This document shows positions 55,198-64,000 of a stretch of 64,000 bases of DNA, in pieces. The notes below the pieces were generated by a model. That model was not told where the DNA came from, ran no database searches, and saw only the letters and a program-made list of their open reading frames with translations. How positions within the stretch are numbered: position 1 is the first letter of the stretch; the number at the start of each line of letters is the position of its first letter. The translations under genes and the position numbers were made by a program. Origin of the DNA: Perkinsela sp. CCAP 1560/9 (taxonomy: Eukaryota > Protista > Euglenozoa: Kinetoplastea); assembly GCA_965644495.1 (NCBI GenBank), contig CBFFSA010000011.1:310001-374000 (forward strand), read 5' to 3'.

Positions 55198-56157
55198 ATG
55201 TCTCCTTTCCTTCTCCGTACTATCTTTATTTTGCTCTTCTTCCTCCGGACGCACAGCTTTGTTTCCTCTGTCGACCATTACCCCTCGAATGAACGTACAG
55301 TTCCTCACAAAGTTCGTGGGTCGGTTCTGCCACCGGACGTGGAGCTAACTCGGGCATTTGCAAACACCACAAGTCCACACTGGTCATGGGGACAAGAAAA
55401 CTATCACTACTGCGAGTGGCTCGGGGTGCTTTGCGATGAGTCCCAACACGTGGTGGAGTTGCTTGTATATTACTTGGAAGGAGAAATTTGTTGGCCGTTT
55501 CTCCCACATACGCTGTTGAGGCTCACTGTGCGGAGTGGATCGAAAGTGACCGGGGTTGTTCCTTTTGAGGCATTGCCACACGAGTTAACGCATCTTGAGT
55601 TAGGAGTGAACTTCCTTTCAGGTCCCGTTCCGACGCGTTATTTACCCCGATATCTGGAAACATGCTATTTACTGAAAAATCGATTCTCGGGCATCTTTGA
55701 TGCTACATCTCTTCCTGCACTACTCGTTGACGTAGATGTTTCGCACAACGAGTTTAGCGGCCTCTTGATCCTCACATCACTTCCTCCCCAATTAGGCCAC
55801 CTTAACGTTGAGCAAAATCAGTTCCACGGGACCATCGATTTGAGTCAACTTACCGCATATCTGCATGAGATAAACCTTTCGCATAACCGTTTTTCGGGAC
55901 CTATTGGTTTAGGTTCACTTCCGGAAAATTTACATTGGATTCGGCTGAAAAATAATACTGTCAATGGAAATTTGTCCTTATCGGCATTACCAGAAGGCTT
56001 CCGAGTACTAGATGCCTCGGAAAATCTCTTTGAAGGGTTTTCTCCGCAACACCTACCTGGATATGAGATTTCTTGTCGTAAACAAAGATTACGCATACGG
56101 AAACTGAAGCAACGCAAATCTTTGATGGCACATCGTAAACGAGGGCACCGTTGGTAA
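55198..56157 (+). CDS. LRR protein with putative signal peptide
   Basis: MSPFLLRTIFILLFFLRTHS, KVRGSVLPPD leader, CEWLGVLCD cap, about 8 LRRs. Confidence 0.87.
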   Translation: MSPFLLRTIFILLFFLRTHSFVSSVDHYPSNERTVPHKVRGSVLPPDVELTRAFANTTSPHWSWGQENYHYCEWLGVLCDESQHVVELLVYYLEGEICWPFLPHTLLRLTVRSGSKVTGVVPFEALPHELTHLELGVNFLSGPVPTRYLPRYLETCYLLKNRFSGIFDATSLPALLVDVDVSHNEFSGLLILTSLPPQLGHLNVEQNQFHGTIDLSQLTAYLHEINLSHNRFSGPIGLGSLPENLHWIRLKNNTVNGNLSLSALPEGFRVLDASENLFEGFSPQHLPGYEISCRKQRLRIRKLKQRKSLMAHRKRGHRW

Positions 56158-56333
56158 TATCGGATTGCATTAAGTCAGAAACCGAAAATAGCAGTATCTA
56201 ATTTGAATGGTATAAAGGAAATTAATACGTGCTATTTCAATGGGCACACCGCGTGTCACACACGTCTCGTATTTGTATGCCTCTGCTTTTGCTCATATTA
56301 GTAAAACGTTTTTTTACGTTACTGAATCTTGTA

Positions 56334-56894
56334 CAGGGGGGATCAGCTAATGCTGGGGGTATCTAAAATTTGTAAAACTTTTAAAATTTTGGAAAATATA
56401 GCACATTCGAGAGCTCTCACACAGCCCTCCTGTGGAGGATATATCGTTTTCCGTGCTTTTACACATGACGCATTTTAGAGTGAAAATACGTTTTTTCGAC
56501 TTACATTTTTGCATTTTTTTTTATTGTTTTTGAGATTTCTCCTGTTTTCATCATTCATGCCTCAAAGACGAGTATCTGCACGTTCACTTCGGGAGAAATT
56601 GCCGGAGAGCCGTTTCTCACCCCAGGGGACATAAATATTGTTATAGAGAGAAACGGGGGTCACTGTGAGTATTAGGTTTGGATTTACGTTTCGGGAAAAA
56701 ACGCCAGAATTTCTTAAAAAACTTACAATCGACGTTTTTGACCCTCCCACTATTTTATAAAACTGTTGATTTTATGCACAATGACATATCCTCCACAGGA
56801 GGGCTGTGTGAGAGCTCTCGAAGGCGCTATTATTTTCCAAAATTGGCCAAGTTTTACAAATTTTAGACCCCCCCGCATTAGCTGATCCCCTCTA
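56334..56894. mobile_element. Non-autonomous Tc1-derived element related to 11030-12907
   Basis: TA|CAGGGGGGATCAGCTAATGC...GCATTAGCTGATCCCCTCTA|TA, ~110-bp TIRs sharing TCTAAAATT...TTTTGGAAAAT...AGCTCTCACA. Confidence 0.85.
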
Positions 56895-57096
56895 TAATTA
56901 ATATGTATATTAAATCGTAAAGAATTAATTATTAATTCGCAGAGAATTAATTATTAATTCGTAAAGAATTAATTAGGCGGAATTCTATTAATATAGGGTA
57001 GCGAGGGAATAGCATCTCCCTCAATAATAAGAACTAATGCATGTTGATAACTTTTAAAACAGGTCACAATGTGAAACGTTAAACAACATACATGTA

Positions 57097-60021
57097 CTGT
57101 GACCCCCCCCTTTAATATGCACACGTTTTTGGGGTTTGTGCATATTAAAGGGGGGGGTAAGAGAGGGGAGAACCCGCCGCCCCCCCCCAAAAAAAAAAAA
57201 TTGCGCCGCTTCGCGGCGCCTTTCTCTCCTGTACGTGTTTTGATCTTACGTCGCATAGCGTATGGTACTTTTCAGCAGAGATGATGGCCGGGGCGGGGGG
57301 ACTGTTCGTGTGTGCCAGCATGGAAAATGTGAAGAACGTGTACATATTAAATATTAAAATATTTAATAAAAAATATTATTTGTAAGTTTAATTGTTGTAG
57401 CTCATATTATTAATACATGAAGTAAATGTCGTGTATGGTGAAACACGAAGAAGAGGGCGCGTACTAATGCAACAAGAAGCTAGTGCGGGGAAAAGTGTAG
57501 AAGCATCGAACAAAACATGGAAAAACCCCCACAAAAAATATCAGTGTAAAATTTGAGTATAATAGCGCGCACGTAAACTTATTTTGGATAGGAATTTGTA
57601 TCTCCGTCATTAATTTTCGGACAGCTCCCATCCATCCGCGGTCGCATCTTCAAGCGGCACATCGTTTATCAAATTGATTGTATACTCACAATCGGAATCT
57701 GAGTCACGGAGCGCTCCGACGGTTTCTTCGTCAGTACTTTGTTTTTCAGGAAGTGAGGGAATTCCTGGTCCGCACGGCCACCATGACTTAGAAAGATTCT
57801 TTCGGGTCAAAACATTATTCACCCTACTGAATGTGGCAGGATAGAACAGGAATGAACATAAATTGTTCACTACATGTATTCCACATTCATTTAGCGTAGA
57901 CTCCTGCTGCATGACTGGAGCATGTCGAAGACGAACATCCTCTATTGAGTGACCAAGAAGAGGACAGAATAATTTTAGAAAGCATTGAAGAAAATCTTGA
58001 CCAGCAATCGGAGAATAACCCTCGTAACTATCAAATATTGTCAACAGATGCTTTCGGAGTTCCGCGAAAAAAAAATGGTTGTTAAAAAAGAGTACCGCAA
58101 TAATTCGTGAGTCGGGGAAAATATGACTGAACATTTTGCGCTGAAAACCTAAAAGTAATCGAGTCTTTCCTGTGTTCAAAAAAACTATTCTTTTGTCTGC
58201 GAAAGGGGCTAGACGGTATGCCTGCAATACATTTTCGCATAATGTATCAACAGCATGCGTCGTAAGAAATCGCTTTCGACCGCGGAATCGTTTCCACTCT
58301 TTGTCATAGTGGGACGTGTTGCCCGCACTATCTTCTACCACAGTGGATTCTTGTGTGGGTTTTTCTCCTTTTGAAATTGAGGAGGGTGAGACGGCATGTT
58401 CAGGACATATTCCAAGAGTAGTTTTTGAGCCAACTGTAAGGCTTGACTCAATCCAAGGGTATTCAGTCGCAGGTCGCAAAATGTAAGTTTGTGCAACTTT
58501 TAATAAAGTGCTCTGGTTTTTTGCCCATACATGTGCATGTGCATCCTTAATCCATTGCAAAACAAGCGCACGAGTAACCTTCTGGACGCTATTTCGAAGT
58601 CGCCACGCGCTAAGCTCATTATATTGACGCTTGAATAAGCGATTAAAAACGCGATCATGGAATTGTATGGCTTTCGTACACCCTCCGGGTATCGTCTGTG
58701 GATCACAATTCGTTGGTACATTATTCGTTCTATGAGCGGTATAATCGTCCGTGATAATAACCGTCGAGGGGTTGTCAAGAGTATAGTGCAAATATTTCTT
58801 TAACATTCGCTCATAGACATCGTCAGTAACCCACCCAGAACGACTTACATCGATGTAAATCCCGCTCAGAGAATAAGCTAGACGTGTCATTTCAGTGTAA
58901 ATGGTAGAGCTTTCTCGATTCTTTGCATTGTGCTCAAAGATCACCGTTGGGTAAAGTGGAAATACCTTATCCAAAGCAAAATCATACACACCTGCAAGAA
59001 AAGCTGTAACTGTTTCTTTCGGATTGGTATCCACGACTTTTGGCTGTGGGCAACCAATCGGAGCAAGAGTGTATCCTTGAACTTCTCCATTTACAAACAT
59101 CGCAGTTTCGTCACCGAAGAAAGCGAAGCGATACTTACGCACGGTGTTTTGAGTATAAAATTTCTCTGCCCACTGAGAGATTCGAAATTCTACGTCACTG
59201 GGCGCCAGGCACTGCGTTCGACCCCATCTCCGCCACACCCATCCATAGTGCTTTTTGAAACGCTGATAAGTGTCTTCTAAAGCTGTTATAGAAGTTAATC
59301 TCGTTTTCTGTCGGATCAAATCGATCACCATCGACTTGGTCAGTGGGCACCACAATGCGGAGGCCTGCTCACAAGCACGATGAACAGACAGCATTGCCTC
59401 AGCCTTATCATAGACTTCGGCATTCGCATCACTATAATCCCCCCCTCTTTCATTGAATCCCCGGTTCCGGTGTTGGTTTCCCATGTTGCGGTTAATTAAC
59501 TTTTGGTAGTGGTCAATCCCCGTTTTACGAATTTCATAAACCGCTCTCCGTGATATACCATACTTTTGTTCGATTTGCTTTACAGAACTTTGAGATCTAC
59601 AAATTTCTCGCTTCTCGAATATAGTAAGTTCAGTACGCTGCCGTTTTTCCTGAACTGTTACCGTCGGGGTGTTGTTAATAATAAGGGATATGCGCTCCCC
59701 TACTTGCGGTTGGGGAGGGAGCTTCCGAAGCCAAGTGGTCAGAGGTCCACGCACAGAGTGAACTGTGGTCGGAACTCCGTCAGTATCTGACATAAGGGTG
59801 AAAAGTACGAGAGAAAGAGAGGAACAAGTATACAAATATATATTATCTCCACATACATAGATGCACATCAGAGGCTTAAAAGCACAAAGCCCTTTGAAGA
59901 AATTGGTTAAAAATAGGCAAAACATCTGCTCTCAAAAAAACGCTCCGAAAATTCAACATGGAATTTGTGCATATTAAGGGGGGGGAGGGAAGGGGGTGCA
60001 TATTAAAGGGGGGGGTCACAG
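57097..60021 (-). mobile_element. Apparently intact pogo-family transposon
   Basis: TA|CTGTGACCCCCCCCTTTAATATGCAC...GTGCATATTAAAGGGGGGGGTCACAG|TA with subterminal GTGCATATTAA repeats and one uninterrupted ORF. Confidence 0.93.
57610..59793 (-). CDS. Pogo transposase (HTH + DDE_1, DD30D) fused to a Ulp1/C48-like cysteine protease
   Basis: psq-like HTH (LTIFEKREIC...KYGISRRAVYEI), GDET, SGWVT, TDDYTAH, PGGCTKAIQFHD; C-terminal NNHF, IFDS, QQ...NECGIHV. Confidence 0.88.
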   Translation of the reverse strand: MSDTDGVPTTVHSVRGPLTTWLRKLPPQPQVGERISLIINNTPTVTVQEKRQRTELTIFEKREICRSQSSVKQIEQKYGISRRAVYEIRKTGIDHYQKLINRNMGNQHRNRGFNERGGDYSDANAEVYDKAEAMLSVHRACEQASALWCPLTKSMVIDLIRQKTRLTSITALEDTYQRFKKHYGWVWRRWGRTQCLAPSDVEFRISQWAEKFYTQNTVRKYRFAFFGDETAMFVNGEVQGYTLAPIGCPQPKVVDTNPKETVTAFLAGVYDFALDKVFPLYPTVIFEHNAKNRESSTIYTEMTRLAYSLSGIYIDVSRSGWVTDDVYERMLKKYLHYTLDNPSTVIITDDYTAHRTNNVPTNCDPQTIPGGCTKAIQFHDRVFNRLFKRQYNELSAWRLRNSVQKVTRALVLQWIKDAHAHVWAKNQSTLLKVAQTYILRPATEYPWIESSLTVGSKTTLGICPEHAVSPSSISKGEKPTQESTVVEDSAGNTSHYDKEWKRFRGRKRFLTTHAVDTLCENVLQAYRLAPFADKRIVFLNTGKTRLLLGFQRKMFSHIFPDSRIIAVLFFNNHFFFAELRKHLLTIFDSYEGYSPIAGQDFLQCFLKLFCPLLGHSIEDVRLRHAPVMQQESTLNECGIHVVNNLCSFLFYPATFSRVNNVLTRKNLSKSWWPCGPGIPSLPEKQSTDEETVGALRDSDSDCEYTINLINDVPLEDATADGWELSEN

Positions 60022-60337
60022 TATGTTGTTGTATGTATTAGCAACAGAACACGATTCTTTTTCAAAATCTGCCATACAGCAATTATCCATTTTTCGGACG
60101 ATCATTTTACCTAAATAAAACATAGACTATTTAGAACATTATATGCGTGCACATGACATTAGAAGACGTGCATTTGCGGCACTGCATCTCGATCAAGTTA
60201 TTTTAGCAGTTCGCTTTCTTTTGGTAAGCGAAATTGGTAACCTATTGGATATTGTAGTAGAAGTATTAACATCTAGGCAAAATTAAGATTCGTACTGATA
60301 TTTTGAGGGTTTTCTTAAAGGGATAAAAACACGTTTA

Positions 60338-60393
60338 TTTTAGGGTATTATTTTAGGGTATTATTTTAGGGTACTATTTTAGGGTACTATTTT
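60338..60393. repeat. Tandem repeat of TATTTTAGGGTA-based unit x4
   Basis: Directly visible. Confidence 0.85.
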
Positions 60394-60485
60394 AAGAACA
60401 AATGACGCCCTGATTAGGAAATAACACTCTTTTCTAATTTTGATGTTTTTCTAAATTTGAGAACATTTGGACATTTTCAGGTCAA

Positions 60486-62281
60486 TGGAGGGTGTTCCGA
60501 AAGCTTCTTTAGCTTTGCCCACAAAGACATTGTATGATGTCTCCCTTCAAGTTGTGCATATGGTGGGGAAATTGTGTGAAATATCGTCTCAAAAGTCTGA
60601 GGAGCCTGAGACATCAGTAGATCGTCCTTCAAACAATGGTTTCTTGACTCCTCTGCTTCAACTGCACATTACATTGCTACGATGCAATTCGCATTTTTGT
60701 GCAGCAGCTTCGTCTCTGTCGAACAATTCAACTGAACGCTCTTTTGACGCTGAAATAGTATCGAACATTGTTACTCTTGCGGATATCATGGGGCTCAAGT
60801 TTGGTTCAAACACTTCAGCATTCGTCCAATTGCATAAGATTATTGCTGTATGCATAGCAGTTTTATACGCACGCGCTTTCAATTTCTACCAACACGATAC
60901 CGATAAGGAAGATTTGGCTTCCACAAGTTTCCTTCCTTTGGCACCAACTCAGCTGAGTAGTTTTATTGAAGTAACCTTAACCGCTCACATTCTGCGTTTC
61001 GATCAAAATAGAGCATTAGAAATACACCAGCCCCGTTTGAGTGAATCGAGATCCTCTGTCAATTGGGGTAGCCCTCTACCTTATCCGAACAGCTATGTGA
61101 GCCCGATGCCAAAATTCGTAGCGCAAAGCTTCGGCTTCAATAGGCTTTCTCGTAAGCGCTCACGGAGCGCCTCCCTGGCAAGTTGTTGTAGTACTGCAGC
61201 TGATCCTGGGGTCCATGTCATCGAGCAAAACTCTTTTTCTCCTTTACATCCGCTGGTATTGGCAGATGTAATATACCACATGAGGTGTGTAGTGGCATAC
61301 CTGTTGGATATACAACTGATTGGTTCCGATCTAAGCGCCGTACGAGCACTTGATGTGCACATTATTTTTCTGATGAATTATTACGAAGATCTTCGAAACA
61401 AAAGATTTGCAGAGAAGCGCCGTGCACTCGAAGAAGGTTGCCAAGTATTTTCGAATCAAGGAGAAACGCAAGACAGTGTGAACCACATACCAATAGTGGA
61501 GTTTCTGACTCCAGAGAGGCCGTCCGTTGCAGAATGTGAACAAAACACCAAGAAATATGATACGCTGCTCTCTTCACTTGCAGAATTCTCCAAGCCATCA
61601 CCAAATATTCTACACGGCTCCGCCACTTCGGAAGGGTTGACTCCGGCCCATTGTGTGAAAGAGATTCATGGGACTACAACTTCTCTGCCGAATACGCCCT
61701 TGGTTTCGCGGAACATCTCACAACCTGGGACGCGAATACCCCGAAAAGTAGAAGATGTAGGAAAGGTATCAACTCAGGATACATGCTATGAATCTGGCAG
61801 GCATGAACCCGAAGAGCCCATCACGATGCTTCCGAGCGTCTTTCAAGTATTGTTTACAACCTCAGATCTGAACTCCACTCCGACATCGTGGAACAAAAGG
61901 GCCGAGGATTGGATAGTGTGCATGCCCTGGGTTGTTTATTTCTGGTCTTGGACACGGGATAGACTACTGATGCTCCATGATCACATAAACAGCATTGCTC
62001 TAGAATCGTCATGCATAGAAAACGGGCGAACGAGGTTTCTTTCGATCCGTACTGCTCTCTCGGAAACAACAGAAGTGTACAAGCGGGTTACTATGGCGCT
62101 CTCTTCGGCATACCGATCTCTGAAGCTAGGCGACGAGAACAAAGATTTAAATCCTGCATCTACATACCAAGATGTCCTAAAACCAGGTGAAATAAATGGC
62201 GTTCCTTTAGAAATCACAGATGAATACGGGTTAGATGTCTTCTCTCTGCCATCCGGCCTACGTTTGTTCTTTGAAATATAG
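60486..62281 (+). CDS. Hypothetical protein (start uncertain)
   Basis: About 600-aa co-oriented ORF with no recognised motif; track ORF begins at TTG 60467. Confidence 0.6.
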
Positions 62282-62356
62282 AAGTGACAACATAGAAGTG
62301 GCAAAGAACAGTATAAGGTAAGAGTCCACATCTCTTTGATTTTTTTCAAGATTTAT

Positions 62357-62890
62357 TCAAGGCGAAAAAAACGTTGACTGGCGTGTACCTTCTATTCGGC
62401 CACGCTCCAAATCACCGTATCGTTTCCGATCGTTTACAATGCTGGACCACATTTCTATGTCTGTATAATCAGGAATACTGGTACGAGTGGTTCCACTACG
62501 ACGGCGTTGTACACGAATTCTCCCCCGACGGAGACAACCCTCCAAATTTTGACCCTTGTTCCGACTAATAAAACCGTAAATCGCCTTTCGGGAAATGCTC
62601 ACACCTTCTTTGCGTAAAGTAACAGATGATACATGTTGAGGGTTAAAGCGCCTACGTAGAAGAGACACCTAACTCTCTTTGATGTCCCCTTGAATTTTTA
62701 TTTGCGCGGGATTCCGTTTACTTGTCGACTGGTTCGCTGCTTGTTCGCCCTGCTTGGCGTTGTGCGCACCATCTCGATCTCCGCGTGGCAGTTCTCGACT
62801 TACAAACGACCGATTTATTTTTCCCTTTCGCGTAATTTGCACCTCGGTAAAGTCTTCTTTGTATCGAATCTTAGTATCGAATCTCGATAA
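62357..62890 (-). pseudogene. IS30-family transposase remnant
   Basis: INRSFVSREL (HTH), SRKAIYGFI, LRRGR, IPDYTDIEMWSSIVNDRKRYGDLE resemble the IS30 SIxxRPxxVxxRxxxGxWE motif; frameshifted and truncated. Confidence 0.7.
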
Positions 62891-63076
62891 ATTTTAAATA
62901 AGCTTTTTTTGTAATTGACGCGTGAAAGAATGGCAGAATGTCTTTTATCACATTACATTACGCATTACCAGGATACGTGGTACTCTTCAATATCAAAATT
63001 TTACGCTTTATAAAGGTACGGGTGTTATTAACAAAATTGATTCCGTTGTCATAGTTTTTCTTATATTTATGTCAAT

Positions 63077-64000
63077 ATGTATGTGCGAAAAAAGCACACG
63101 AAACAGAAACGGATGCTACTGCGATCCTTATACAACTTTTCTTCTCTCACACCTTTTTTACAAAGGCACCGCAAAGTAGTTGTACAACTTCCCGAAGACC
63201 TTCTGCCCTATGCCCTCCTAATTCAAGAACTAATTAAAGAAGAGTGGAACCATAGTCCTCAGAACGAAACTCTCTGTGCTAAAGCTGAGTCGTTAGGAGC
63301 ATGTGGCATGACATGTGCTTGCACTCCTAACATGGACGAACAGGGTGTCGCACTAAATACACTGGACGAACTAGCTTGTCCAAAGCCGAATGTTACCTGT
63401 ATCACCGAGAAGAAATCTTCCTGTGATCAAGGAAAATACGGAGCGCCGTCTATTGCGATTATGGCAGACACAACATTTACCTCATGTTGTCCCGATGAGG
63501 TATCCGCTGAACACCTTCCCGGGGTTGATGGAATTGTACACTTTGGAATGGATTGCGGGATTAAAACTTCCCGAATACCCATCCAGTATTGCAGACGAAG
63601 CTTCTCGTCTACGTTTCTTGCAAAATGGGAAAGCGTTTTAGAAAACGAGCTGAAGTCTGTATTTCATACTTTAGAGAGCTCTGAACAAACATCTGGGGAT
63701 TTCATTTCGAACGCAAAGGATGGCATAGCATCATTACGTATTTTGAGTATTGTTCTTGCTGCGGAGGCATATGAGCTCCTACCTATTATACGAACCGTAG
63801 CCAACCAACTTGCGGATGAGGCCAAACAACTCGGATGGGAATTCATTGTCGGTTCTACCACTACAAATGAAACGACCCCAGAGGGTTTCGATACAATACG
63901 CCTGGGCGCACTTCAGATCCCTCTGAAGGCCTCGGTCTATTTCCTTGTCGATCCTACGCTATCCGATGGTTCCCACGTGGGTGCTCTCCACGGGGCTTCC
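63077..64000 (+). CDS. DPH2: Diphthamide biosynthesis protein DPH2 (3' truncated, absent from ORF track)
   Basis: Manual translation: KVVVQLPEDLL...IMADTTFTSCCPDEVSAEH...DGIVHFGMDC; frame open to window end; alternative ATG 63113. Confidence 0.85.
   Translation, partial: MYVRKKHTKQKRMLLRSLYNFSSLTPFLQRHRKVVVQLPEDLLPYALLIQELIKEEWNHSPQNETLCAKAESLGACGMTCACTPNMDEQGVALNTLDELACPKPNVTCITEKKSSCDQGKYGAPSIAIMADTTFTSCCPDEVSAEHLPGVDGIVHFGMDCGIKTSRIPIQYCRRSFSSTFLAKWESVLENELKSVFHTLESSEQTSGDFISNAKDGIASLRILSIVLAAEAYELLPIIRTVANQLADEAKQLGWEFIVGSTTTNETTPEGFDTIRLGALQIPLKASVYFLVDPTLSDGSHVGALHGAS

Noticed and set aside
63390-63641. Track ORF of 83 aa
   Set aside because: Off-frame overlap of DPH2, which is the real frame.
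1-64000. Functional cluster of RNA-processing and ribosome-biogenesis genes
   Set aside because: Expected by chance in a reduced, housekeeping-rich genome; kinetoplastid clusters are generally not functionally grouped.
1-64000. tRNA, rRNA or spliced-leader RNA genes
   Set aside because: None recognised by eye; a covariance-model search would be needed to exclude small RNAs.

Overview
Intron-less eukaryotic DNA with every recognisable host gene on the + strand, i.e. one polycistronic-type gene cluster. This layout, a TATE-like RT fragment, a CRE/SLACS-type retroelement and a dispersed short LRR family suggest a kinetoplastid, most likely Perkinsela-like (inference, no search run). Host genes: CWC22, an RSL1D1-like L1-domain protein, a mitochondrial IF2-like GTPase, an SmB-like protein, RRP5, an ABCB-like ATPase, DBP4, ABITRAM, a BCD1-CCCH fusion, a GET4-like protein, DPH2 (missed by the ORF track, runs off the end), hypothetical proteins and about 8 LRR genes or pseudogenes. 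Intergenic space is full of mobile DNA: a nested hAT/MITE/CRE/Tc1 stack at 6.6-15.8 kb, DD32E Tc1-like elements, a HERO/NeSL-like retroelement, TATE/gag remnants, an apparently intact pogo element whose transposase is fused to a Ulp1-like protease, and an IS30-like remnant. Top candidates for novelty: (1) a non-coding element in two co-oriented copies whose ~127-nt terminal hairpin is exactly inverted (flip/flop) between copies; (2) recurrent C-rich to G-rich skew-switch islands inside genes; (3) the pogo-Ulp1 fusion; (4) tandem 2A-like motifs in the CRE element. Coordinates were read by eye and may be off by a few bases.
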